A DNA stretch of 63,396 nt, counting the filler, from Reticulomyxa filosa (Eukaryota > Protista > Foraminifera), in NCBI GenBank assembly GCA_000512085.1. It is 16 parts of 16 records of this genome, joined end to end, with 100 filler letters (N's around TTAATTAATTAA, not from the genome) between each part and the next. Parts side by side here need not be neighbours in the genome. Positions count along the whole stretch, not along the records: positions 38,605 to 57,385 come from ASPP01007094.1; positions 57,486 to 58,850 come from ASPP01013061.1; positions 58,951 to 60,110 come from ASPP01038735.1; positions 60,211 to 61,670 come from ASPP01022786.1; positions 61,771 to 63,396 come from ASPP01026460.1; 11 more parts are not named here. The stretch is one strand, 5' to 3'. How positions within the stretch are numbered: the first letter of the stretch is position 1; each line of letters opens with the position of its first letter. The notes under the pieces are model-generated. The model was not told the DNA's origin. It worked only from the letters and a program-made list of their open reading frames with translations, and ran no database searches. Of the stretch, positions 52,721 to 63,396 are shown one piece after another. The position numbers and the translations under genes are program-made.

Positions 52721-53662
52721 TCAAAGGAAATTTTTGGCAACATTGGCAATCAACGCTCTATGTTTTTCTCCTTTTCCAGCATTAGCCAAAAGAAGTTTGC
52801 GAAGAATTCGCTGTTCCGAGGTGAAAGAGACCTCAGGAGACTCCCATTGTTGCATTTTGGTGAGGTCATTCATTTTGCATTGAAAAATGGGTAAAGAAAT
52901 GAGAAACTCACAAATGAGCAAAGCTTCGGGAGGGTCCCACGAGACGACAGTCATTTGCAACAATGCCTGAGACACTAGTTTACAGTGGTACAAACATTTG
53001 ACACAAAAACGCAGCCATTGGTTAAAATTGAATCTGAGCTGCTTGCCATTGGTACGAAAGCGATGAATCAAAACAGTGATAATGTTTCGCAAATATACCA
53101 ACATTGGGTTTGGACGAGCCATTGTAATGCAACAGCTTTCCACCAATGCACACAAATATGCATTGGCTTGAAACTCTGCGAACGTGCTGTATTCAAAGCC
53201 AAGCACGTGCGGCACTTTATTTCTCAGCAGCGAGCTGTACCTCTGTTTCGAGGGACACAAATGCACCCCTGGCAAGACTTCGTCCATTAATTGCATTAAC
53301 CAATTCATTTCGCATTCCCCTTGGCACACTTGACCCAATGTGTGATACCACATCAACGACTCTTCGTCCAGCTCTTTGCACCATGGCTCTTCTTTGTTTT
53401 GCTTTTTTTGGCTGTTCTTATGGTCACAGGATTTGCTCTCGTTTTGGCTTATTTCCACAAAGACGCTTGCATATGGGCTTATCGCATCCTTGGCCTTTGC
53501 TTGTGGTGTCTTGGCTTGTGTGCTCTTCGTGCTGTCATCCTTGTCGCTGCACAACGCATTTAATGCACGCCCCATCAGTGGCCTTGCTAGGCAAGAGTTC
53601 TGACTCAACGCTATCATTTCTCCCCATTTTACCCAATCTCTGGTTTCCTGTTTCTCATCCAT
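52721..53662 (-). CDS. Hypothetical helical protein
   Basis: Uninterrupted ORF of about 313 aa. No family recognised. Confidence 0.6.
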   Translation of the reverse strand: MDEKQETRDWVKWGEMIALSQNSCLARPLMGRALNALCSDKDDSTKSTQAKTPQAKAKDAISPYASVFVEISQNESKSCDHKNSQKKQNKEEPWCKELDEESLMWYHTLGQVCQGECEMNWLMQLMDEVLPGVHLCPSKQRYSSLLRNKVPHVLGFEYSTFAEFQANAYLCALVESCCITMARPNPMLVYLRNIITVLIHRFRTNGKQLRFNFNQWLRFCVKCLYHCKLVSQALLQMTVVSWDPPEALLICEFLISLPIFQCKMNDLTKMQQWESPEVSFTSEQRILRKLLLANAGKGEKHRALIANVAKNFL

Positions 53663-54333
53663 TATCACCGATATCAAAATATCAACCAGAAAAGTTCAAG
53701 TTAGTTTTTTCGTCTTGACCGCCTTTGTTGATTGAGTTTTTAAAGTTTGTATTCCTATCTCTATTTACAAAAAATTGTGGATAATATTTTTTTGTTAACG
53801 TAATATACAAAATAATTATAATTCTGTAGGGTGAGCCTACTTGTTGTTAGTTAGGCTCAAGTGGATCTTGAATTCTCCTTTTTTCCCTCACAACTTTTTT
53901 ACTTTCTCCTTTTATCTTGTTTTAATTTTTTTGGTTAACTGTTATTCTTCTTTGGTCTAATATTACTTGTTTCTGTAGAAAGACTTGCTAAGATAGTAAT
54001 CTTGTCGTATTACACTTATATCAACCTTTTTCACAATGCAATAACCTCTCATAATAGTACTGTATTCGTATAACGATACTTTTAAACTTTTTATTTATTT
54101 TTTAGTATCTTCAAGTCACATATACCTTTTAAAAAATTATGTGTCGATCACTTCTAGCGTTAGGACAAACAAATTGGGTTAAACTGTAAAAAATTAACTT
54201 ACTACGGTTAAAATCGGTACTTTGAGTAAAATATTTTGATTTGTGAACTGTTTAATAAAGTCAAAATTAGGTACAAGGAGGATAGAGTCAAAAACGCAGT
54301 TCGACTTGCGTCGCCAAAGATTGCAGGATTGAA

Positions 54334-55604
54334 ATGTTTCGAAGTAAATTATTTTCCCCCGTCAATATGTTAGCTTTTTGTGCCATTTCAGGTTTTACCA
54401 CCTTGGGCTTTCAAATATATAAACTAAACTCACAACCAACCTTGCGATGGGTGGACACATGGAAAGAGGACGAAAGTCCAGTTTGGGAATGTAAACCAGT
54501 GACAAGAACAGCAGCAAATTATTTGGGAGCAATGTTTCCAGCAGTGCCACCAATCTCCGAAGGGAGCAAAAGTAGAAACATTCGCGTGTTTGTGCCATTG
54601 TGTGGAGCAACCAAAGATTTGCGAGCGATCAGTGACCACATAAATAAAATGATCGAACACGCAGCGACGACGACGACGGCGACGGCGACAAGAGAAGCCC
54701 CAGCGTCAAATGTCAAGTCACAGTCCAAAAACTCGACCCCTGCGAGTTCGAGTGCAATCGACCCTGTGCCATACAACGTCAAAGTCATCGGCGTCGATCA
54801 CAATCAAACGGCATTGCAAGTGTTTATGAAAAGAGAATGCAACGGCATCTACGACACTATCGTCGATGATTTCAGCAAAACCCTCATTTTGACCTCGCAA
54901 AACTTTCGTCTCATTTGTTCTGACATTTTCGCCGAATGTATGCCTCGGATGATATTACATGTTTAGTTTTGTTTTGTTTTGTTTTTTTTTTTATAAGATG
55001 AACCTAGGGAGGGGGGGAAACCTACTAAAAAAAATTTTTATGTTGGATTCAATAAAATGTTCATTTCTTGCGACGTTGATACAAAATTTTAATTTTTTTT
55101 TTTTTTTTTTTTTTTTGCATAAAATATTGCAAGGCAGAAGCAATATATGATCGGGATGCGTTGGTAGCATTGGAGCCTGCGGAGCGCACAGCCTACGTAC
55201 GGTTGTATGATTACGTGCTGACAAACTCGGGGAAGATCCTGCTGACTGTGTTTCGATATGACCCCAAGGAGAGATGGAGCAATATTAAAAAAAAGGCCAA
55301 ATATTTGAGGGAAGAAATACAGAAAACAAATGACCCCATTGTAAAAGCACAATTACAACACGAATACGATACACACATATCTCCTAATAACTATCCAAAA
55401 ATTGCTCGGCCTCCTTACAGTTTGGATCACAGCGAAATTGCAACGCTATTTCAACCGATCACTCACGGTGATAGCAAAAAGGTCAAGTTGCTGGCATCCG
55501 TCAAATGTTCAGAAAGTGATGACCCTTGGGAAAAGTCTTTGCCACAAAGGCTTATGACAGATCCGGAACGCACTTTTGTTGATATTTATTTGATTGAAAG
55601 ATAA
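54334..55604 (+). CDS. Thiopurine S-methyltransferase (TPMT/thiol-halide MT) family protein
   Basis: RVFVPLCG...D, VIGVD, CSDIF, IYDRDALVAL...R..Y, PPYSL...EI..LF; one intron ~54938-55133. Confidence 0.85.
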
Positions 55605-56138
55605 CATTATTCCTTTTTTTCCCACACTTTACTACTCTAATTTTAATAAAGAAATCCAAAGGTTTTCCAATATGAGATTCTTTTCTAAGACTTTGGTTTT
55701 AAATTTGCTTTTGATACAATGTCCATTCGATCTAAACTAAATTATTAATGCAAGAGTTTAACTCTTGCTTGATGATAAAATATAAACCAAGCCAAGATTT
55801 TTCGATCTTCGAATAATTATTTATTTCTAATAATTAAAAAATTACTTTCAATTGAAAGATTACTCAACGCTTTCGTTCTGACTGTTTTTGAGACTGAATT
55901 GCAATGCTTAGCTGTTTCATTTGATGTTTGCCTTTGAAGTTCTTTTTTGCGCGTTATTTGTTGATAATGTTATGTAGATTTGCTACCACTTTTGGTCTGC
56001 TTTTTTTTTGAAGCATAGTACCAAAGACGAAAAAAACATACAATATAAAAAACCCGAGTTGTGTAGTTCTGAACTTAATTAAAACTTTTTTGAAATTGTC
56101 TACAAAAAAAATTTTAAGCAGCTCTTCTTGAACAATGG

Positions 56139-57385
56139 ATGTTGACGTTCGAGGAGCCTCCGGATCCCCAAAGTAACAAAAAATTGCACACAGATGATTG
56201 CATTCATGTATCTATACCTCCCTCGACAGAACTTGCAACGCCAAAAGTGGCCTTTCCAGGAACGGCACCAACTTTGAATAAAGAACATTCTGTAGTGATA
56301 GTGAAAGATGCAGACATCAAACCAAAAATGGATGCAGAGGAAGAAAATACCTCAAATAAAATTGCAGACGAGCATGTAGAAATAGTTCAGCAACCATCCG
56401 CACAAGTACAAGCATCGGATACAAATGAAACAAAAAACAAGAAAAAACCTGAAAAAACGGATATGCAAAAAAAAGAAATTCACGATGGTAATATCCCCCT
56501 TCAAGTCAAGATGTGGACACTATGTTTGTCCGTTGCTTCCATGGCAGCATGGGGTGTCTTCATACGAGTTAGCATCTCAACATGGTTCGGGCAGTTTGTT
56601 ATATCATCGTTCTTCCCAAATATCATTGGTATTAAGACATTTTCAATATTTCTGTTTTTTTTTTTTTTGGTAATGTGATCAAAAAAAAAAAAAAAATACA
56701 ACTTCAAATACTCAATGATAGGAAGCTTTACTCTGGGACTAGTGAAAGAAATGTCATTGGGCAGTCCGTACATGAACGTGGCACTGATGACAGGATTTTG
56801 TGGGAGTTTGACAACATTTAGTACTTTCAATCACGAATTGTTGTTAATGATCATCCAAAAAAATAGTGAACCAATTCGTAAGTCTAATCCACTTCATCAA
56901 CATGGATTTGGAAAATATCTCTTTGGAATGTCCCTCACTTTTCTCGTGTGTTCCCTTTGTTATTTCGTGGGAGAATTACTAGGTTCAATTACGCATGTAT
57001 ATGTACAAAATAATTTGTATGTCTCTTTTTTATAAAAATAATAATAAAAAAAAGGAAGGTTTATTCATCGCCGAGTTAAAGCCATGGTTGGCAATGCGCT
57101 ATATTGTGTTTTCCCTGTTCGCTTTGTTGTGGCAAGATTGAATAGATATGAGGTAATGAAAAAGTTAATAGAAGGGTATATACCATTTTGGATAATCTAT
57201 GGCCCTCTTTGTTGCGCAGCTATTGCAACTGTGATCAACACTGGCGTGGTTATCATACTGTGTCTCTTTTTCCATAATCGACTATATTTGGGTGCTATCT
57301 TTGGTATTATTGGCGCCACTTTGCGATGGTATCTTAATGTCAAATTCGACATTAATGTTTAGTCGGTGTTGTAATGATCACTTCA
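56139..57385 (+). CDS. FEX: Fluoride export protein (FEX, tandem CrcB/Fluc domains), 3' truncated
   Basis: AAWGVFIR, PNIIG|SFTLG, MTGFCGSLTTFSTF; the second repeat starts at GIIGATLRWYL. Confidence 0.9.
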
Positions 57386-57569
57386 NNNNNNNNNNNNNNN
57401 NNNNNNNNNNNNNNNNNNNNNNNNNNNNNTTAATTAATTAANNNNNNNNNNNNNNNNNNNNNNNNNNNNNNNNNNNNNNNNNNNNGAGGGTAGGAGTATA
57501 CATACTAAAGGTACATGTATATAATATAATACATATATATATATATAAACTCTTTCGTTTCTTTTTCTT

Positions 57570-58808
57570 TTTCTTTTTCTTTTTCTCTCTCTCTCTCTCT
57601 TTCTCTTTCCGAGTCGGCAGAATGCTTTCGAGAGCGCTCGTCGTTCCAGTCGGTTTCGGTTTGTTCCAGCTCGCTTGCAAAGTGGGCGTCTTCCCATTCT
57701 GTTTTTTTCATTTCCTCTTCAAACAAAGTTCTGGCCATGATTTCGTCCTTTTGGATCTGGTTGATGGTCTCTTTGATGTCATCGTCATCGTCATCGTCAT
57801 CGTCGTCATCAACTTGTCGTTGCATGGTATTTGCAGCAGTAGCACTGGTAATAGTGGTAATGGCGGTATCAGCAACAGCAGTAGCCAAAGAAGGGACAGT
57901 AGCATTAATATTAATTCCATTACCATTACCATTACCATTACCATTAACATTAACATTAACATTAGTACTCATATCAAAAGGCTGTGATTTTAAGACATGA
58001 TTGCGAGCTTGGTGGTATTTCGAAACTTTCTTTTGTTTGTTATACTCGCGTGCGGCGCACTTTGGACACAATCGCATGGTTTTGCCATGCGACGATGCAT
58101 TACATGCGTAAATGTATTCGTTGTTTCGCAACACATGGGAACAACCACTGCCGTCGCAAGTTTCATACTCCTCACTGCTCGTCTCTCGGAACGGGACCAT
58201 GTTCATATTGTCATGGCAGCTATGATACGGGCATTTCACTATCATCAGTCTGTCACTGCTGACATGAGTTCGTGTGGGTACCATCACAACCTCTTTGTAC
58301 TCAGTCAAGTCTTCTTTCCACGTATTCGGAACACGTCCTTTGCGCGGGTTGGTCGGCCGTGGAGGAGGTGGCAGACCAAAGATATTGTTATTATTATTAT
58401 TATTATTGTTATTGTTATTGTTATTGTTATTATTGCTAACGTTATTATTATTATTATTATTATTATTATTGTTATTGGTGCTACTGCCATTTGGATTGGT
58501 CGTTGCTGTCGATGTTGTCATTGTCGTCATCGTCGTTGTTGTGGTTGTCATGGTCGTTTTTCTTGAACCACTTTTCACTTGCGATACATTATTCTCCGCA
58601 CTTGTCGCATTGTTCGACATCATCCACGACGATGACGTCTCTGGACCTCCTCTTCGCTCTGTTGGACTGCTTATCTTATTCCTATTGTCTGAACTTTTTC
58701 GAGGTCGTTGGCGTGATGACATCAACATTGACTCGTTCTCGCTACTTCGCACACTTCCCATTTCATTCGGCTGGGATATCAAAGCTGTTCTCATTGGTGC
58801 TGTGCTAC

Positions 58809-58810
<2 letters not shown>
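57570..58810 (-). CDS. Internal exon: low-complexity protein with Cys/His zinc-binding module and ubiquitin-binding-like helices
   Basis: CPYHSC...CDGSGC...YAC...H...LCPKC; DEIMARTLFEEE and EDAHFASELEQ resemble MIU-type motifs. Confidence 0.6.
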
Positions 58811-58845
<35 letters not shown>

Positions 58846-59471
58846 TTTTTNNNNNNNNNNNNNNNNNNNNNNNNNNNNNNNNNNNNNNNNNNNNTTAATT
58901 AATTAANNNNNNNNNNNNNNNNNNNNNNNNNNNNNNNNNNNNNNNNNNNNCACGCCGTTTGACAGCTACATAAAAACAAAATTTAGTCTCACTTTGAAAT
59001 GTTTGTTGAATCGTGTGGAGGCATTCAAAACCAAAATCATTGCTATTACAAGTACGTAACGGAGTAATTCAACACTATTCGTCAGAAAGCAAATGTGTAC
59101 AACAGCAAGTTGCACTTATGTAATGTCATTTTTTTCTTTGCCTTCTAGCAAACCTGAAAAAAGACAACTATGTTTATGTGAATTACGACTTGTATGATCC
59201 ATTAATTAACTTTTAAATAAGCTAGCGCTGTCATCTTGCTTTTAAGTAACCGACGAAAAAAATATAAACTGAAGCGATCGTTTTATCTTGAATGGTTGTA
59301 TTTTGCCGAAAGATTTCAGAATGTAATATTCATTAGTAAATGTAGTTGTTAATTCATCCTCTGTTTTATAACAAAACAACACATTACCACATTCATCAAA
59401 AATTCATTAAAAAAAAGAGTTACACAACCAAATTAAATGTTCATTCCTCCGAAATGGACCATCCCCATTTT

Positions 59472-59590
59472 AAAAAAAGCAAAGGAATGGAAAATCGAAA
59501 AAAAAAATGAATAAGGCGGCGCCTCAGGAACATCGTGGCGCCGCCCAATTCAGCTTTTTCTTTTTGATTTTGTCTTCCTTTGCTTTTTTT
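59472..59590. other. 119-nt imperfect inverted repeat (foldback hairpin)
   Basis: 59472-59487 pairs perfectly with 59575-59590 (16 bp), and 59515-59523 pairs with 59537-59545 (9 GC bp), with partial pairing between. Confidence 0.85.
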
Positions 59591-61153
59591 GCCAAAACGC
59601 CACTTGGTTGGGTTGTGTGATGTTTAGCCTTGGAGTACTGTAATGCAGGATGAGTGAAGATGTAATGGCTTATAAAAGGACTTAAGTATCGATACCAAAA
59701 TTAAAATGTGTATAAAAATTTGAAATGACCAAACCAATTTGGATGATAGACAAATATATGCGAACATATTTATGAAATTTAGGTGAGAAAGGCTTGATGT
59801 TGTAAGTATATTGAATCTTTGCAAATTTTTTGTGTTCCCCTTAAAAAAAGATTTTTTGTCACCTATTTCAAAACGATACTTTTACATTTTCAAAAAACTT
59901 CTGTAACAGCTTATGGTGTCGAATTCAATTAATTCCCCTTTTAACAAAAAAAATTTAATTAGGATAAAACGAACCAGAACAATAGTATCTTAAATATACA
60001 AATAATGTTTGTATGTATTATAATCAAAAGTTATTGTGAGGCGTTTTATTGCAATTGCATTGCTTACGAGGTGTTTTATTATTGTTTGAATATGACTATA
60101 CAAAAGTTACNNNNNNNNNNNNNNNNNNNNNNNNNNNNNNNNNNNNNNNNNNNNTTAATTAATTAANNNNNNNNNNNNNNNNNNNNNNNNNNNNNNNNNN
60201 NNNNNNNNNNAAAAAAACGTCGTCAAACCTTTTCTTTCCGACTTACCGTGTACGTCCGCTCTATCATCTTTTTTCATACTTTGTAGAGCTGAACATGTTT
60301 TTTTTTGAAATAGCGATTTTCTTCAAACTTTGCAGCAAAAAGCCATTAAGTCGGACGTCATCAGATTAGATTAGATTGGTTATCTATTACTACAGTTAAG
60401 TCATTCATTTTTTTTCTCCATTTTTCTACAGCTTCTTAAAAAAAAAATTACAAATAACGACAATTCACATGGAAAATCGTATTTGCAGAAAGTATATCTT
60501 TATGTACGATGCAATTATTGAAGAAAGTTAATGTAACAAAACTAGTTTTTCACGTTCAAAACAAAAAAACAGAGTAAGTATATAACGTTTCTTTTTTTTT
60601 TTATTATTTAAAACTAGAGTTGCAAACAATGCATCTTTGTGTGTGGGACAAAAAAAAACTGTGCATAATAAAGCAAGTGATCACCAAAGTATAATTGCGT
60701 GTATCCAAAGTGAGCCAGTAGTAGAGAAAGTTGATATAAGACCGAAATTTATCCTTCAAAAAAAAAAAGTGACTACTTGCAAAAAAAAAATTGACACCTT
60801 TTGAGTAAAAGACAATGAAATGTTTTTGTTTTTTTTCACTTATGGCTGGTCGATTGTACAGACAAGATCTCAATCCAAACGTATTCAGGTATGATCATGT
60901 TTATGTCTGAAAAGATGCATGGACAACATGTTTTTAATGTTCAGATAACAAAAAAACAATTGTTTTGTTGAAAACGTGAAAATGATTTGAACTACATTTA
61001 CAACACCAAACACAAATAACAAAAGGTCTTGTGAAGAATGATGCTAAAACTAGGACCCAAGTATTTTTTTTTCGAAATTATAATTACAAATAAACATTAC
61101 ATAATGGTTATTTACAGGAGTCGAAAAGCAAAGATTGTTGCTACAGCGTGACC

Positions 61154-61565
61154 GGTGCCATGCAAATGTAAGTTGTATATGTCTTTGATAATCCAATTAT
61201 GTAAAAAAAAAAAGTATGGATTCGTTAAGGCATTGACCAGCAAAACCATTATATTAGACGCTGAGCCCAGTGACAAGATTCAAGACAATAAGGCATCCAC
61301 CAGAGCAATAACGACTAATATTTGCTGGAAAATAATTGAAAGATGGAAGGTCCTTAAGTGATGCAAATGTGATTAGTTGTTTTTATTTTCCGAAAATTCG
61401 CAGTTTATTTATTTGTTTGTTTGGAATATAATTATAAACATACATATAAAGCTTTGTGAAAATATTAACAGGGAAAACAATCACATTGAAAATTGAACCA
61501 AAGACACGATCCAAAACGTGAAGGCCAAAATCCAAGCAATGAAGGAATTCCTCCAGAACAACACA
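61154..61565 (+). pseudogene. Polyubiquitin pseudogene (two decayed monomers)
   Basis: MQ-intron-FVKALTSKTIILDAEPSD...PEQ*RLIFAGK*LKDGRSLSD, then MQ-intron-FVKILTGKTITLKIEP...IQNVKAKIQ...GIPPEQ, with stops, deletions and frameshifts. Confidence 0.85.
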
Positions 61566-61770
61566 ATACCAATAGAGGTATATGAAAGAAGCAAGAGTAA
61601 TTGCATTGCAAAGAGCAGATCTGATAAAACTATTCGTGATGTTCAGGAGTTATGAGTCTATCGAGATTGTNNNNNNNNNNNNNNNNNNNNNNNNNNNNNN
61701 NNNNNNNNNNNNNNTTAATTAATTAANNNNNNNNNNNNNNNNNNNNNNNNNNNNNNNNNNNNNNNNNNNN

Positions 61771-63396
61771 CTTTTGAGCGTTCTGGCATCTTTTGTGCAT
61801 TCCGTTTCTTGCGTGTGTTACTGAAACTGTTGTTCGGCAGCTTACACAAATAATTCTGGAGAATGACTGCAGATAATCGACAGGGACTTCGCCAGCGACG
61901 TTCTTCTGCTCGTGTTGATTCATGTGCGTGTGAAGACTTTCTACGACGGACCAACGTACCCCTTGCTGCGGGCAATGAGGAACAGTGCACGAGTAAAAAT
62001 CTTTGTCGTAATAAGGATGGATCTTTCGTGACTGTGCTGGAAAGTCTTGAGTTGTTGAACTGAAAATGGATTGTCATCTTCATCTATGTCGAACGTGGAG
62101 GAGAAGAGTTCGTTTGTTGTCGGGATTTGCACCTTCGGATGGCTTAATTCATCTCGCTGTTTTTCGAATCCGTTGGCCGGATGCGATGAGATATCATGTG
62201 CCTGAAACTGTTGATCTGCTGTGTCAGATGGGACATGACTACGTACACTATTTTTATCAAATGTTTGCTTGTCTGTGTTGATGTCAAACTTTGTTGCTCC
62301 ACCGGGTATACGGGCGTTTTGTGTTTATGGACTCTTGCCGCTGATTGGTTTGCGTACGTCCGGAGGGGATTTGCTTTCTGAGTGATGAAGGGACATGTAT
62401 TAGTTGAACTTGAATCGCTCCTGCATTGTTGCAAATTTTAACGTAGCCTCCGATGCTTTAGCGTTGATTGCGGCCGTCGATAATGTAAACAAGAAGGATA
62501 TGTGTGTATGTGCGTTAACGAATGGGTGCAAAAACTTACTTAATCCATCGCCCTTTGCCGGTGATCGTTTTCCTTATCCACACAGTTCTTTGAACATGAC
62601 TTGTAATTGCTACAACCCTGTGTTGATGCATCCTGCTTTCCGTCTTCTGCACTGTAATGTTCTCTTATCAGTTGAATGAGCGAAGTCATCGCCGAGTGCA
62701 CTATCTCCATCACTCCGGCGCAATCCACCACGATGAAGGACTTTGTTGATTCTGTACGTTCATTGGGGCTAGATGTTGTTATTGAAACCAAAAAAATGAC
62801 ATGTCCACGCGAAGAATCTGGACTTTTACCTGTTGGTGAATGTGTGAAGCTTGACTTGCATTTTGGACGATTGAGTATACGTCTTCCGGGTTTTGGATAA
62901 CGGTTTGAATGAGCTTGTCAATGTTGATTATAATTGATCCGATTTTCTTCGACCAATCCGAATTTTGATTGCGCTGATCCAACAAATCGAAGAATTCAAT
63001 ACGAGTGACTATTTGTCCAAATGCTTATACTGCAGATAGGGATACTCTTGAGATACCCGGTTTGTCCAATGCTGAGCGCAACATGTGGGGCAGCATTCTG
63101 ATTTCCGTTTGTTGTTGATTGCATATAATTGAAAATGTTTTTCCGCTCCCTGTTTGGCCATAGGCAAACAACACGGCGTTAAATCTCATAATGACGTTAT
63201 ACAACATTTGGTCAATAATAGTATTACACAGCTCATTAGATGCATGCTCGCGAAACACAGATTGGAAGGAATAGCTTTTGCTTGGTGGCCCAACAGTGTT
63301 ATTGTATCTTTGTCGACGAGGATACACGATTTACCCTTTTCGTGTTGATTTGGCTTCCGGATTCTCGCATAAATACTGATATTCTGTTTGTGCTGT
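61771..63396 (-). pseudogene. Divergent kinesin motor-domain pseudogene
   Basis: FAYGQTGSGKTFS, SSRGH, VDCAG, CINTGL, ATLKFA; in-frame stop at 63025-63027 and several frameshifts. Confidence 0.85.

Overview
This is not one locus. The window is 16 unrelated contigs of an AT-rich, intron-containing eukaryotic draft assembly, joined by 15 artificial 100-nt spacers (N44-TTAATTAATTAA-N44), so adjacency across spacers is meaningless. The style of the WD40/kelch families, the (TA)n- and homopolymer-filled introns, the many pseudogenes and a Gly-Ala-Met polyubiquitin junction point to a rhizarian, most likely the foraminiferan Reticulomyxa or a relative (inference, no search run). Recognisable genes: PGM3/AGM1, a VPS13 fragment, RhoGAP, TBC Rab-GAP, an RBR E3 ligase, a TPMT-family methyltransferase, a FEX/CrcB fluoride exporter, a Sulfotransfer_4-type protein, a PA-domain protein, a C2H2 finger protein and three WD40 genes. 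Pseudogenes of kinesin, polyubiquitin, WD40 and a Tc1/mariner transposase are also present. Most interesting: (1) a degenerate ADP-ribosyltransferase-like domain fused to kelch and WD40 propellers; (2) a 33-35-codon phase 0-0 mini-exon (W-x-R...K-x-G-W-I) in front of all three WD40 propellers; (3) introns with U-runs after the donor and A-runs instead of a polypyrimidine tract before the acceptor; (4) two paralogous TSP1 proteins with different repeat tails (YSPT versus phosphophoryn-like SSD); (5) a 119-nt intergenic foldback; (6) a mucin/Cys-rich ectodomain fused to an XK-like membrane domain. Exon boundaries were read by eye and are approximate.
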